Assembly (NCBI GenBank): GCA_965213675.1
Contig: OZ243916.1
Location: 256,001-320,000, forward strand
Origin: an uncultured Candidatus Binatia bacterium
GTDB lineage: Bacteria; Desulfobacterota; Binatia; UBA9968; JAJDTQ01
Direction: 5' to 3'
DNA: 64,000 nucleotides
The position numbers and the translations under genes were made by a program. The notes beneath the pieces were generated by a model. That model had not been told where the DNA came from. It worked only from the letters and a program-made list of their open reading frames with translations, and searched no databases. Every line of letters starts with the position of its first letter. Positions within the stretch are counted from its first letter, which is position 1. Positions 35,496-45,738 of the stretch are shown one piece after another.

Positions 35496-36977
35496 TCAAC
35501 CCTTCGCGACAAAGAAACGCTTTGCCTCGCCGCGTTGCACGAGAAACAGGGCGTTGCCTCCCTGGTCAAGCTTCTCCAGCGCCTTCTTGTAGGACGCCAT
35601 GTCGGTGACGCCCGTCTTGTTGAGCTCCAGGATCACGTCCCCCCGGCGCAGTCCGGCCTCGTCCGCGGGGCTGCCCGGCTTGACCCCGGTCACGAGCATG
35701 CCCTCGACGCGTTCGAGGGACAACTGCTTGGCCACGCTTTCCGTCACTTCACGGACGGTCAGTCCCAGGTCCGAGCCTTGCTCCACCGCGGCCACGGTCT
35801 TTTCGTCCAGCAGCTCGCCGATCTCCACGCGCAGGGTCTTCTCGTCGCCGTCGCGCCACACGTTCACGTCCACCGCCTTGCCCACCGGGGTCCGGGCGAC
35901 GATCATCGGGAGATCGCCCGACTCCTTGACCGCATTGCGGTCGAAGTCCAGGATGACGTCACCCGCCTGGAATCCGGCCTTTTGTGCGGGGGTATCCGCC
36001 AGGACTTCGGCCACGAGCGCGCCGCGGGCTTCGCCGAGACCCAACGATTCCGCCAGTAGCGGCGTCACTTTCTGCAGCGAGACGCCCAGCCAGCCGCGGG
36101 TGACCCGGCCGTCATCCCGGAGTTGCGGCAGCACTTCCTTGACCAGGTTGATGGGGATGGCGAAGCCGATGCCCACGTTGCCGCCGCCGCGGCTGTAGAT
36201 GGCGGTGTTGATGCCGACCACCTCGCCGCGACGGTTGATCAGGGGGCCGCCGGAGTTGCCCGGGTTGATGGAGGCGTCGGTCTGGATGAAGTTGTCGTAG
36301 GGGCCGGCGCCGATGCGGCGTCCCTTGGCGCTGACGATCCCCGACGTCACCGTGCGGTCGAGTCCGAACGGATTGCCGATGGCGAGCACGGACTCACCGA
36401 TCTCCAGACTGTCGGAATTTCCCAGCGGCACCGTGGGCAGGGAGTAACCGGGGTTGATGCGGATCAACGCGATGTCGGTCTTCTCGTCCGTGCCGACGAC
36501 CTGGCCTTCGAACTCGTTGTCGTCGGAGAGGGCGACGGTGATGACCATGTTCTCCTGGCCGGCTACCACGTGGTGGTTGGTGAGGATCAAGCCATTGGCG
36601 TCAATGATCACACCGGAACCGAAGGAACGGCTCCTCCTCGGCCGGGAAGGCGCCTCCGGCATGCCGAAGGGGCTGGGCATGTTGAACGGCGGCGACTCGA
36701 AGAACTTGCGCCACGCCTCGGGCCATTGATTGCCGAAGCGTTGGGACAGGCTGGCGGCGCGGGTCTCGCCCTTGGCGGTGATGTTGACGACCGCGGGGCT
36801 GACTTCCTTGACCAGTTGGACGATGGTGTTCACCGGCCGTGGTTCGGGGGCCGCCGTCTGTGTCGATGCGTTGAGCGGCGGACGGCCGAGCCCACCGGCC
36901 AGGGCGACCACGGTGAGCATCACGGCGCACGCGCCCAACGCCTTGATGAACGTGGAACGAGACGGTTTGTTGAGCAT
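35496..36977 (-). CDS. DegP/DegQ (Do) family serine protease with 2 PDZ domains
   Basis: GSGVII...LTNHHVV, TDIAL, IQTDASINPGNSGGPL, RGWLGV; RBS GGAGG. Confidence 0.95.
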   Translation of the reverse strand: MLNKPSRSTFIKALGACAVMLTVVALAGGLGRPPLNASTQTAAPEPRPVNTIVQLVKEVSPAVVNITAKGETRAASLSQRFGNQWPEAWRKFFESPPFNMPSPFGMPEAPSRPRRSRSFGSGVIIDANGLILTNHHVVAGQENMVITVALSDDNEFEGQVVGTDEKTDIALIRINPGYSLPTVPLGNSDSLEIGESVLAIGNPFGLDRTVTSGIVSAKGRRIGAGPYDNFIQTDASINPGNSGGPLINRRGEVVGINTAIYSRGGGNVGIGFAIPINLVKEVLPQLRDDGRVTRGWLGVSLQKVTPLLAESLGLGEARGALVAEVLADTPAQKAGFQAGDVILDFDRNAVKESGDLPMIVARTPVGKAVDVNVWRDGDEKTLRVEIGELLDEKTVAAVEQGSDLGLTVREVTESVAKQLSLERVEGMLVTGVKPGSPADEAGLRRGDVILELNKTGVTDMASYKKALEKLDQGGNALFLVQRGEAKRFFVAKG

Positions 36978-37027
36978 TGAGCTTACCTCCCTCTGGAAAT
37001 GGTGCCTCAGATGGTGCCTGTTGTTAA

Positions 37028-37044
37028 AGCATCTTCCGTGCCAA
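37028..37044 (-). promoter_or_regulatory. Sigma54 (-24/-12) promoter of degQ
   Basis: Minus strand TTGGCACGGAAGATGCT matches TGGCAC-N5-(T)TGC. Confidence 0.75.
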
Positions 37045-37177
37045 CGGTCATGACACGGCAAGGCAGCGTGTTTCCAGGCGGTTGGCGGGTTTCAGAGATG
37101 TCGCGCCGGGCAGGATGTCGACCATTCCGTCGAAGGCACGGAAGGTTGCGTCGAGGGACGTTTGCCGGCGCGGGCCG

Positions 37178-37642
37178 TCATTCGACCTCGTAGATGGACT
37201 CGATCTCCACCGGAATCCCGTTGGGGAGCGTCGCCATACCCACCGCGGAGCGGGCGTGCTTGCCGATGTCCGCGCCGAACACCTCCACCATCAGGTCGGA
37301 AAAGCCGTTGATCACCTGCGGGGTCTTGTGAAACCCGGGATCGGCGTTGACCATGCCCAGCACCTTGACGATGCGGCGCACGCGGTCGAGACTGCCGAGT
37401 TCCGTTCGGAGCGTGACCAAGGTGTTGAGCGCCGTCTGGCGCGCCGCCTGGTAGCCTTGATCCACGGTCAGGTCGCGTCCCAACTTGCCGTGGAATATTG
37501 CCTTGCCGTCGTTGCCCAGGGGCCCGTGCCCGGCGAGGTACAGCAGCGGCCCCGTGCGTACCGCGCTGACGTAGTTGGCCATGGGGCGGGGGGTGGGCGG
37601 CAGGCTCAGGTTCAGTGCCTTCAGACGCGCTTCAGCGCTCAT
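37178..37642 (-). CDS. RidA/YjgF family protein
   Basis: ANYVSAVRTG.LLYLAGHGP, INGFSDLMVEVFG..GKHARSAVG...LP..IPVEIE. Confidence 0.92.
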   Translation of the reverse strand: MSAEARLKALNLSLPPTPRPMANYVSAVRTGPLLYLAGHGPLGNDGKAIFHGKLGRDLTVDQGYQAARQTALNTLVTLRTELGSLDRVRRIVKVLGMVNADPGFHKTPQVINGFSDLMVEVFGADIGKHARSAVGMATLPNGIPVEIESIYEVE

Positions 37643-37683
37643 ATCGACCTCCGTTGCGAATGGTGCGTCGCCCGCTCGGGACT

Positions 37684-38727
37684 CTACAGACCCCTGAACC
37701 AGACGTTGTCGGGGTCCAGGCTCAGGAGCGCCGGCGTGATGTCGCGGATCGTGGCCGTGCCGGTCATGATCATCACACGCCTCAGTTCATCGGTCAGCAG
37801 GGTCAGCACCCGCGCCACCCCTTTGGGTCCGGCGGCGCCCAGACCCCAGCAGATGGGCCGTCCCAGGAGCACCGCCCTGGCGCCCAGGGCCAGCGCCTTG
37901 GCGAGGTCGCCGCCCCGGCGCGCGCCGCTGTCGAGCAGCACCGGCACGCGCCCGGCGGCCGCGTCCACCACTTCCGGCAGCACCTCGATGGCGGCGCGGT
38001 TGAAGTCCAGGATGCGCCCGCCGTGGTTCGATACCACCAGGCAGTCGGCGCCCGCGTCGATGGCGATGCGCGCGTCGTCCGGGTTCATGATCCCCTTCAC
38101 CACCACCGGGACCGATACCGCGTTTTTGAGCCAGGTGACGTCGTCCGGCGAGGACAGATGGACGGTGCGGGGCTTGCCGTCCGACGACATGGGAACACGG
38201 TCCCGCAACTTGGTGGGTTGCAGCGTGTCCATGGTGAGCCCGACGGCGGCGTAGCCGATCTCGTCCGCGCGCCGCACCGCGCTCAACACCTTGTCCCGCC
38301 CCTTGCTGAGGTAGGCCATGTACACCAGCGGCGTGGAGATGCCTTCCGCCCACTGGTCCACCGTGGACTGGGTGGCGCCGCTGATGAACACCATGGTGCC
38401 GAAAAGGTCGCCCCCCTCGGCCACCTCGTGCTCGCCGTTCTTGCGCACCAGCCGGAAGCTGCCCACCGGGCCGATCATCGCCGGCGAGGGTAGCCGGCGC
38501 CCGAACAACTCCACGGAGGTGTCGGGATCGGTCACCTCGTGGAAGATGCGCTGGCGGAACAGCAGCCGGTCCAGGGCGGTACGGTTGCGTTTGAGCGTGG
38601 ATTCGCTCTCCGCCGCGCCCATCACGTGCTCGATGGCCTCGGGCTTGACCCGCGCGTGAAAGAGTTGCCGCAGTTCGTCAAGGCTCAGGTTCTCCAGCGG
38701 CTTTTGTTCGACCTGTTGAACGCTCAT
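37684..38727 (-). CDS. FMN-dependent alpha-hydroxy acid oxidase/dehydrogenase
   Basis: VVKGIM, VSNHGGR, DSGARRGGD, ALALGA..VLLGRP. Confidence 0.9.
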   Translation of the reverse strand: MSVQQVEQKPLENLSLDELRQLFHARVKPEAIEHVMGAAESESTLKRNRTALDRLLFRQRIFHEVTDPDTSVELFGRRLPSPAMIGPVGSFRLVRKNGEHEVAEGGDLFGTMVFISGATQSTVDQWAEGISTPLVYMAYLSKGRDKVLSAVRRADEIGYAAVGLTMDTLQPTKLRDRVPMSSDGKPRTVHLSSPDDVTWLKNAVSVPVVVKGIMNPDDARIAIDAGADCLVVSNHGGRILDFNRAAIEVLPEVVDAAAGRVPVLLDSGARRGGDLAKALALGARAVLLGRPICWGLGAAGPKGVARVLTLLTDELRRVMIMTGTATIRDITPALLSLDPDNVWFRGL

Positions 38728-38755
38728 ATGCACCCCCAGTGGATTCGCGAAGCAG

Positions 38756-38771
38756 CCAGACACCACACTAA
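38756..38771. repeat. Remnant terminus of family B MITE
   Basis: CCAGACACCACACTA(A) matches the family B end. Confidence 0.55.
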
Positions 38772-38779
38772 TCGGTAAT

Positions 38780-39784
38780 TCACGAATCATCAATCACGCG
38801 GAACTGAAGCAGCAGGGTCCGTTGCAGCGGCAGAAAGTTGTTGTCGGAGACGACATAGAGCAATGTCCGTCCGGCGGGGTCGCGCCGCAGGGCGAGTCCC
38901 TCGAAGTTGTCCACCGACAAGGGACGTTTCAGGTCCGCCAGCAATTCCCCGCGAATCCGCCTCCCCGGCGTTTGCCGGGCCTGCCGCAGACGCTCGCCCC
39001 GGAGGCGCACGATGCGCACGCGCATGCGCAGGAAATCGAAGTTCCGTTCAAGCAGCAGCACGTCGCCGCCGGGCGTTGCCGCGACGCCGGTGGGGCTGTA
39101 GCCCTCGGCGGGGATGTAGGCGAACTCGTGGGCCGCGCCGGCCGTCATGAACCAGCCCTTGAGGCTGCCGTCACCATTGGCGTGCTTCTCGGTGATGCCC
39201 AGGAGGGCGCCGTCCGGCAGCATGGCGATCCCTTCGAGCCCGCCGTTCACCGGCGCCCGCCGGAGGCTCCGGGGCGTGGAAACCAGCTTGGGGTACGCGC
39301 CCGGATTCGCCGGATAGCGCCAGACCCGGTGCCTGCCTTCGAAGGAGACCAGGAACGAACCGTCGGGAGCGCGCGCGAGCCCTTCCGCGTCGTGTTCGTA
39401 AGGCCCCGTCGGTGCGCCCGCGGGGGTCCGCAGAGGCGCGTCACGCCACGAGTCGAATGCGGCCACAAGGCCCTGGGAGTCGTGGGTGAGCGCCGCGGTG
39501 ACCCAGTAGCCGCGGTCGGAAACGGCGCGCAGCCGCCTGCCGTCCGGGCTGATGCTCAAGCCCGAAAGCCCGCCGAAGCGCCGGTGGTCGGAGGACAGCT
39601 CGAATCCGCTCAGGAACTCGAGGCGGCCGACCCGGGTGACGCTGGCGTTTGCCGGGTCCAGCGCGATGGGGGTTGCCGTGACAGTGAACGGGTCCGCAAA
39701 CCCGTTGGCCGTGGCCAGGACGCCGGCAAGCGACAGCGCGACGACGGCGGCCCGGCGTGGTCGCGTTGGGCGCGCGCGCGTCAC
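38780..39784 (-). CDS. Esterase-like activity of phytase family protein (secreted)
   Basis: FGGLSGL, AVSDRG, DAEGL, NGGLEG, LLLER, DNFEGL, VSDNNF..QRTLLL; GTGA overlap with folK. Confidence 0.85.
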   Translation of the reverse strand: MTRARPTRPRRAAVVALSLAGVLATANGFADPFTVTATPIALDPANASVTRVGRLEFLSGFELSSDHRRFGGLSGLSISPDGRRLRAVSDRGYWVTAALTHDSQGLVAAFDSWRDAPLRTPAGAPTGPYEHDAEGLARAPDGSFLVSFEGRHRVWRYPANPGAYPKLVSTPRSLRRAPVNGGLEGIAMLPDGALLGITEKHANGDGSLKGWFMTAGAAHEFAYIPAEGYSPTGVAATPGGDVLLLERNFDFLRMRVRIVRLRGERLRQARQTPGRRIRGELLADLKRPLSVDNFEGLALRRDPAGRTLLYVVSDNNFLPLQRTLLLQFRVIDDS

Positions 39785-40164
39785 GATGCCAAGTCCGGGA
39801 GCACCGCCATCACCGCCTGACGGAGGAAATCGCGGGTGTAGAAGTCGGGATCGACGACCCGGCCGTTCCATACGACGATGTCGAGATCAATGGTTCGGGG
39901 GCCGTAGCGGTTGCCCTGGCGCTCGCGTCCCAGCAGCGACTCGATGCCCTTGAGTTCAGCGCGCAGGCGTTCCCGGTCCAGCGGGGTTTCCAGCAGAAGC
40001 GCGCCGTTGGTGAAGTCCGCCTGATCGACGCAGCCCACGGGGCGGGTCCGTACGAATGGCGACTCCGCCACGACCGCGTGCCGGTGGGCGATGTGACGGC
40101 GCGCTTCCGCGACGTTGCGCTCGGGCTCGATGTTGGAGCCGATGCCGATGACGGCGCGGTTCAT
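39781..40164 (-). CDS. folK: 2-amino-4-hydroxy-6-hydroxymethyldihydropteridine diphosphokinase
   Basis: VIGIGSNI, QADFTNGA, LKGIESLLGR...YGPRTIDLDIV. Confidence 0.92.
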   Translation of the reverse strand: MNRAVIGIGSNIEPERNVAEARRHIAHRHAVVAESPFVRTRPVGCVDQADFTNGALLLETPLDRERLRAELKGIESLLGRERQGNRYGPRTIDLDIVVWNGRVVDPDFYTRDFLRQAVMAVLPDLAS

Positions 40165-40544
40165 GGGCGCTCCGATCCGGCTCTCTCCGCCGAGCATTCG
40201 ACAGACACGGAATCGGTGTAGCGCAGCGCGCCCGGCTTGGCCACCCGCACGCGCGCGCGGCCGACGCGGGGGTCGTCCATGACCAACCCGAGGATGTGGT
40301 CGCACAGCCTCTCGATGAGAAAGAAACACGACGCCTCCACCTCCTCGATGAGGCGCTTGTTGAGGCGCTTGTAGTCCACGGTTTCGTCGATGGCGTCGCG
40401 GGTGAAGGCGCTCCCCGGCAACAACTCGAGTTCCACATGGACCACCACGTCCTGCCGCGTGTGGCGCTCCCACTCGTTGATGCCGATGATGGTGCGCAGC
40501 CGCAGGTTCTCGATGGTGATCTTGACCGGGTTTCGGTGGATCAT
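40161..40544 (-). CDS. Dihydroneopterin aldolase/epimerase (FolB/FolX family)
   Basis: IENLRLRTIIGINEWER..RQDVVV, TVDY, FFLIERL, VAKPGALRY. Confidence 0.88.
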   Translation of the reverse strand: MIHRNPVKITIENLRLRTIIGINEWERHTRQDVVVHVELELLPGSAFTRDAIDETVDYKRLNKRLIEEVEASCFFLIERLCDHILGLVMDDPRVGRARVRVAKPGALRYTDSVSVECSAERAGSERP

Positions 40545-40562
40545 GGCACACGGAGTACGCGG

Positions 40563-41282
40563 TTACAGGTTCTCCCCGCCGTCCACGTAGACGCATTCAC
40601 CTGTGACGAAGGGGTTGTCGATGAGGAACAGCACCGCGGCAACCACGTTAGCCGTGTCGCCGATGCGTTTCAAGGGCAGCCCGGCGCTGCGTCGCTCCAG
40701 TTCGTCCGACACCCCACCCGGCGGCGGCAGGATCATCCCGGGCGCCACGCCGTTGACGCGGATGCCGGGGCCTAGCTCGCGCGCGGCCATGCGGGTCAGT
40801 TCGAGGAGCGCTTTCTTGGACAGGGTGTAGGCGGCGTGCCGGGGGTCGGAGCCGCGCACCCGTGTGTCGAGGATGTTGAGGACCTGTCCCTCCGCGCAGC
40901 CCTCGGCGAAGGCCTGCGTCAGAAAGAAGGGCGCCCTCAAATGGATGTTGAGGTGGTGTTCGAACAGGTCGCGCCCGGTTTCGCGGATCGTGGCGCGTTG
41001 GAAGATGGAGGCGTTGTTGACCAGTACGTTCAGTCGCGGGAAACGCTCCCGCACCCTGGGGACGAGGGCGGCCGTTTCGTCGTAATCGTTCAAGTCGCAA
41101 CGGAACAGGCGGCACCGGCGTCCGAGGTCCTCGATGTCCCGGGCCGTGCGTTCGGCCGGCTCCGCCGAGGTGTGGTGGTGCAGCGCCACGTCGTAGCCGT
41201 GCCGCGCCAGCGCCGTGGCAATGGCGGCGCCGATACGCCTGGCTCCGCCGGTGACGAGGGCGGCACCCTTGGGCACGGACAT
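40563..41282 (-). CDS. Pteridine reductase-type SDR (FolM/PTR1-like)
   Basis: VTGGARRIG, LVNNASIF, NILD, YTLSK, RVNGVAPG; clustered with folB/folK. Confidence 0.85.
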   Translation of the reverse strand: MSVPKGAALVTGGARRIGAAIATALARHGYDVALHHHTSAEPAERTARDIEDLGRRCRLFRCDLNDYDETAALVPRVRERFPRLNVLVNNASIFQRATIRETGRDLFEHHLNIHLRAPFFLTQAFAEGCAEGQVLNILDTRVRGSDPRHAAYTLSKKALLELTRMAARELGPGIRVNGVAPGMILPPPGGVSDELERRSAGLPLKRIGDTANVVAAVLFLIDNPFVTGECVYVDGGENL

Positions 41283-41502
41283 GGGGCCATCATACCCGGT
41301 TACCGGCGCACCCACCACCGGCGCGGTCCGGCACCCGGAATGAGGCCGTGCTGACCGAGCATCCGCGTCGAGCGCCGATCGAGTTTCGTGCCCGTCCCTG
41401 GGACGCCTTGTGCCGTCGGAAAGACAGCGTCCGAACCTTCGGTTTCCATGCACACCCTGAGCGTGTGATCGCCGTGTCCGGCGCTTGGTGGAGACCGCCT
41501 CG

Positions 41503-42348
41503 CTACCGCTTCCCTCCGGCGAGGACGTCAATGACTTCCTTGATCCCGGGGCCGGGGTCGGTGCGGTCCTTGAACGGCGCCAGCCGCTGGTAGAGTTCCG
41601 CGGCGGCCTTGTGAAAACCGGCGGGGAGTCCGGCGGATTCGAAGCTGGCGGCGATCTCTTCCATCTCACCCACGTAACGCCAGCCCTTGGGCGCCGCCAC
41701 CGTGGCCGCGCGTTGACTCTTCTGTCCGAGGGCGGGCTGCGACCCCGCCCATTCCTCCAGCAGCGCCGCTTCCACCCCTTCACTGGCCGCCAGGGCGCGT
41801 ATGGCGAGGATCAGCGCGTCGCTGCCCTTGGTCCAGGCGGCGTAGGTCATCTTCAGCGCGGAAGCCGCGCCCGGTCCGCCTTCGATCACCCTGGCGTCGA
41901 GCGGACCTTCGGAGAACAAGGCAGCAACGGACTCCGCCCCGTCGCCCGAAAGATAGAGGCGCGTGGTTCCCGGCTTGCGCACCGGTGGGCCGATGATGCC
42001 GCCGTCGACGAAACGCGCCCCGGCCTTGGCGACGATGGCGCCCACGCGCTCAGCCGTGGTCCGGGACACGGCGTTGGCGTCGATGTAGAGCCCGGCGAAG
42101 CCCAGGTCCGCCACGTCCCGGGCCACCTCCTCGGCGGCGTGGGGCGGGCACACGGAAAGCACGGCGTCGCTCTCGCGGATCGCCTCCGCCAGCGCCGCCA
42201 CCTCCACCAGCCCGGCCTCCAGCGCCCGGCGCCGGCTCTCCTCCCGGCGCCCCTGGGAAACCCACAGCACGCGGGCGCCACCCACGGCCGCGCCCACGGT
42301 GGCGCCCATGTTGCCCGGATGCAACAGCGTCATGGAGTTGATCTGCAT
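41503..42348 (-). CDS. NAD(P)-dependent oxidoreductase (6PGD/3-hydroxyisobutyrate DH-like, DUF1932)
   Basis: LHPGNMG, LSVCPP, YIDANAVS, FVDGGIIGPP, ASALKMTYAAWTKG, WRYVGEMEEIA. Confidence 0.87.
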   Translation of the reverse strand: MQINSMTLLHPGNMGATVGAAVGGARVLWVSQGRREESRRRALEAGLVEVAALAEAIRESDAVLSVCPPHAAEEVARDVADLGFAGLYIDANAVSRTTAERVGAIVAKAGARFVDGGIIGPPVRKPGTTRLYLSGDGAESVAALFSEGPLDARVIEGGPGAASALKMTYAAWTKGSDALILAIRALAASEGVEAALLEEWAGSQPALGQKSQRAATVAAPKGWRYVGEMEEIAASFESAGLPAGFHKAAAELYQRLAPFKDRTDPGPGIKEVIDVLAGGKR

Positions 42349-42418
42349 GGTCTCCTCGAAGCTGGTGTCGTGTCCCGCACGGGCGATGGTTGGGGCGCCC
42401 GTGCCACGGGCGGGCAGG

Positions 42419-44047
42419 CTAATGGTCCTGCTCTTCCACGTCGCTGGCCTTGACCCGGCGCGACTTGAGCTTCTCGCCGGTCTCGAAGTAGCGGCCCTCC
42501 ACCGCCAGCCGGGCTTCCTCGTCCAGTTCGTCGTCCCACTGGCCCAGGGAGTAGCCATACCATGGCATCTTGGGCTTCAGGGGCGGCAGGTTGAACTCCT
42601 CCCACAGCTCCCGGGCGTGCTCCATGTACTCCCGCTTGGGCAGGGACACCGGCGGGAAGGGCTCCTTCTGAATGGCGTTGCACAGCATGCCGGACTCGTC
42701 CGCCGGGAGGTGGTACGACACCACGTCCGTGCCCTTCTGCTGATCGTTGTACAGGAACGGCGGAGCGTGTCCCTTCTCCATGCCGCCGATGATCTGTACG
42801 TCCTGATGGGGCTTCATGCGGTAGCACATGGCCCAGAAGACGGCCGCCTCGTCCGACGGATCGATGTCCTCGTCCACCGCGATGACGATCTTGCCGACGC
42901 CGGGATGGAACGACGACGCCGCGTGCAGCGCGCGCCACACTTCGGCTTCCTTGGGCTTGCGCATCTGCACGATGACGAGCTTGTAGGTGTTGGTCAGCGG
43001 CTCGTGCATCTCCACGCGGGTGACGCTGGTGATGCGGCAATGATCCCGCAGGTGCACCAGCATGAGGCGGTCATAACCGATCTTGCGGATGACCGACGAT
43101 TCGCTGGGCGTGAGCTGGCTCAGCCACGACACGTAGATGGCGTTCTTGCGATGGGTGATGGCGGTGACGTCCATGAACGGGTTCAACTGCCGCGGGTGCA
43201 TGTAGCCGTGGGACTCGCCGAACGGCCCCTCGGGCTCCACGAACTCGGTATTGAGGCGCCCCTCGATGACGATTTCCGACTCCGCCGGCACCTGCAGGTC
43301 CACGGTCTTGCACTGGGCCATGCGGATGGGCTCGCCCACGAAGCCGCCGGCGATGGCCATCTCGTCCACGCCGTAGTCCACCTTCTGCACGGACACGTAG
43401 GAGACCACCGGCGGCGCGCCGATGACCAGGGCCGCTTCAAGGGGCTCGCCGCGCTTCTGGGCGTTCTTCCAGTGGAGATAGATGTCCTGTCCCAGCCCGG
43501 AAGGGAACACGCCCACGCGGTTGCGCGATTTGATCTGGCCGCGGTAGTTGCCGATGTTGCCGATGCCGGTCTCGGGATCCTTGGTGATCCAGTGGGAGCA
43601 GGTGGTGTAGGGCCCGTTGTCGAAGCCGGGGGTGGAGATGGGCACCGGGAACTTGTCGAGCCCGTCCTTGTCCAGGGCGTCGCCGGTCATCACCACCTCG
43701 TGGCACGCCGGCTGATCCACCACCTGGGGCTGAATGGGGTTGGAGAGGGCATGCTTCCACTTGGCGTCCATCTCCTCGGCGCTGTTGCAGCCCATGCCCA
43801 GGAAGTAGATGGCCTTGCTGCCCGCCAGCGCGCCCACCACCACGGGGAAGTCGAAGCGTCGACCGCGCGAGTCCGTGACGTTGGAGAAATACCACGCCTT
43901 GCGTTCCTCGTCGGGAATCCCGCCCCGGTACTGCCAGCGCACCAGCGGATGCAGCTCGGTGTCCTTGTTGATCTTCTGTTGGATGCGGCGCAAATGCCCC
44001 GCCTCTTCGAGCATTTTCAAATGCTCATGCAGATCTGCGTAACCCAT
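42419..44047 (-). CDS. UbiD family (prFMN-dependent) decarboxylase
   Basis: DLHEHLKMLE..G.L, KDPETG..NIGNYR, VPAESEIVIEG, EPEGPFGESHGY, IAVDEDIDP. Confidence 0.92.
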   Translation of the reverse strand: MGYADLHEHLKMLEEAGHLRRIQQKINKDTELHPLVRWQYRGGIPDEERKAWYFSNVTDSRGRRFDFPVVVGALAGSKAIYFLGMGCNSAEEMDAKWKHALSNPIQPQVVDQPACHEVVMTGDALDKDGLDKFPVPISTPGFDNGPYTTCSHWITKDPETGIGNIGNYRGQIKSRNRVGVFPSGLGQDIYLHWKNAQKRGEPLEAALVIGAPPVVSYVSVQKVDYGVDEMAIAGGFVGEPIRMAQCKTVDLQVPAESEIVIEGRLNTEFVEPEGPFGESHGYMHPRQLNPFMDVTAITHRKNAIYVSWLSQLTPSESSVIRKIGYDRLMLVHLRDHCRITSVTRVEMHEPLTNTYKLVIVQMRKPKEAEVWRALHAASSFHPGVGKIVIAVDEDIDPSDEAAVFWAMCYRMKPHQDVQIIGGMEKGHAPPFLYNDQQKGTDVVSYHLPADESGMLCNAIQKEPFPPVSLPKREYMEHARELWEEFNLPPLKPKMPWYGYSLGQWDDELDEEARLAVEGRYFETGEKLKSRRVKASDVEEQDH

Positions 44048-44475
44048 TGACGGCCTCCTGTTCGAGTCAGACTATCGAGTGATGTCCAGTGATGTTTTTC
44101 GGGTTTTGTCGCGGAGAGTCCCCGTCGCTCCGTTCGGGCCGTGTTGCAGCCCGGATGCGGGGCTTCGGTTGTCGGAAAGAAACGGCAGGCTCCAGCGAGA
44201 AGTTCAAACAGATAGCCGATCAGGTCCGGCCGTGTCAAATTCGTTGGCTTGCTTTCGTCCCCCGCGTTGGGTAGCGTCCGCGGTAATTCACGGAGGGCGC
44301 TTCCACGCATGCACAGTGGCCTCATGACCCTGGAGAAGGTTTTTCCCCACACTCACCGGGAGGAGCTGGCCAGTCTGGCCATGGATGTGGTGCAAGTCCC
44401 TAGGCCCACCGGGAGCGATAAGGCGCGGTTTTGTTCGGTTCCGCGCGTTACGAAGCGTTACGAAAGGAGCGAACC

Positions 44476-45573
44476 ATGAGCATCGATACAGGTCTTTACC
44501 GCAGGACGTACCGGTACGAGACCGAGGGGGCCTCCACTGACGAGGTGCTGTTCTCCTCGGATTCCCACGTCATGGAGCCCGCGGACACTTTGGTGAGCCG
44601 CGTGCCCCAGGCCTTGCGCGACAGCGCGCCCCGCTTCCCTGAGTTGAAGGTGGGAGAGGGGTTCCAGACCCATCCCGGCGGCTCCGATCCCGGTGCCCGG
44701 CTCAAGGAGATGGCGGTGGACGGCGTGAGCGCCGAGGTGCTGTACCCCACCTACGCGCTGAGCCTGTTTTCCCAGGAGGACATCGCGCTCCACGAGGCGT
44801 GCTGCCGGGCCTACAACGACTGGCTCATCGAATACTGCCAGGTGGACCTGGACCGGCTGGTGGGCGTGCCCATGATCGCCACTTTCGACATGGACCACGC
44901 GGTGGCGGAGCTGGAGCGCTGCAAGAAGGCGGGGTTGCGCGGAGCGCTGATCTGGCAGGTGCCGCCCAAGGAAATATCCTTCGCCACGGACCACTACGAA
45001 CGTTTCTGGGCCGCGGCCCAGGAGATGGAGATGCCCGTGAGCGTGCACATCCTCACGGGCTTCGGTTACGTCAAGACGCGCTACGACCGCAAGGGGCTCG
45101 AACGCTACCGCGGCAGCGTCAACCTCAAGCTCGGGGAAATTATCGACAGCCTCATGGACATCATCTTCTCGGGCGTGCTGGAACGTTTCCCGAGGCTCAA
45201 GGTGGTGCTGGTGGAAAACGAGATCGGCTGGCTGCCCTACGTGCTGGAGCAATGGGACTACTACTTCGACCGGCACCGCCCCACCGAGCCGCTGACCATC
45301 GACAAGCTGCCCACCGAGTACTTCAACCGGCAGGTGTTCGCCACCTTCTTCAACGACGCCGTGGGCGCCCGCAATCTGGTGTGGTGGGGGCACGACAACT
45401 GCATGTGGTCCAACGACTTCCCCCACGCCAATTCCACCTGGCCGCACTCGCGCGAAGTGGTGGCCCGGGACCTGGGCCATCTGCCCGACGACGTGCGCGC
45501 CAAGCTCCTGCGGGACAACGTGGCGCGGCTCTACAACATGCCGGTGCCCGCGCCCATGGTTGCCGGGGTCTAA
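44476..45573 (+). CDS. Amidohydrolase_2 family protein
   Basis: SSDSHVMEP, RAYNDWL, SVHI, ERFPRLKVVLVENEIGWLP, MWSNDFPH. Confidence 0.9.
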   Translation: MSIDTGLYRRTYRYETEGASTDEVLFSSDSHVMEPADTLVSRVPQALRDSAPRFPELKVGEGFQTHPGGSDPGARLKEMAVDGVSAEVLYPTYALSLFSQEDIALHEACCRAYNDWLIEYCQVDLDRLVGVPMIATFDMDHAVAELERCKKAGLRGALIWQVPPKEISFATDHYERFWAAAQEMEMPVSVHILTGFGYVKTRYDRKGLERYRGSVNLKLGEIIDSLMDIIFSGVLERFPRLKVVLVENEIGWLPYVLEQWDYYFDRHRPTEPLTIDKLPTEYFNRQVFATFFNDAVGARNLVWWGHDNCMWSNDFPHANSTWPHSREVVARDLGHLPDDVRAKLLRDNVARLYNMPVPAPMVAGV

Positions 45574-45738
45574 CTAGTGTGGTGTCTGGTTAATACGGGT
45601 CATAATGTGCGGAGGATATTTTATCGTCGGCAAGGCGCGATGACGAGCAGTGGCGTGTACCACGCGAGGAAGAGCAACGCAGCCGACGGCGAAAAAGACC
45701 CGCAGATTATGACCCGAATTAACCAGACACCACACTAG
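45574..45738 (-). mobile_element. Family B MITE copy (165 bp), between convergent genes
   Basis: Reverse complement of 29048-29212 with a few substitutions; CTAG at both ends. Confidence 0.9.

Noticed and set aside
44249-44479. Small ORF / gene remnant between ubiD and the amidohydrolase
   Set aside because: Protein-like stretch is too short and has no identifiable family
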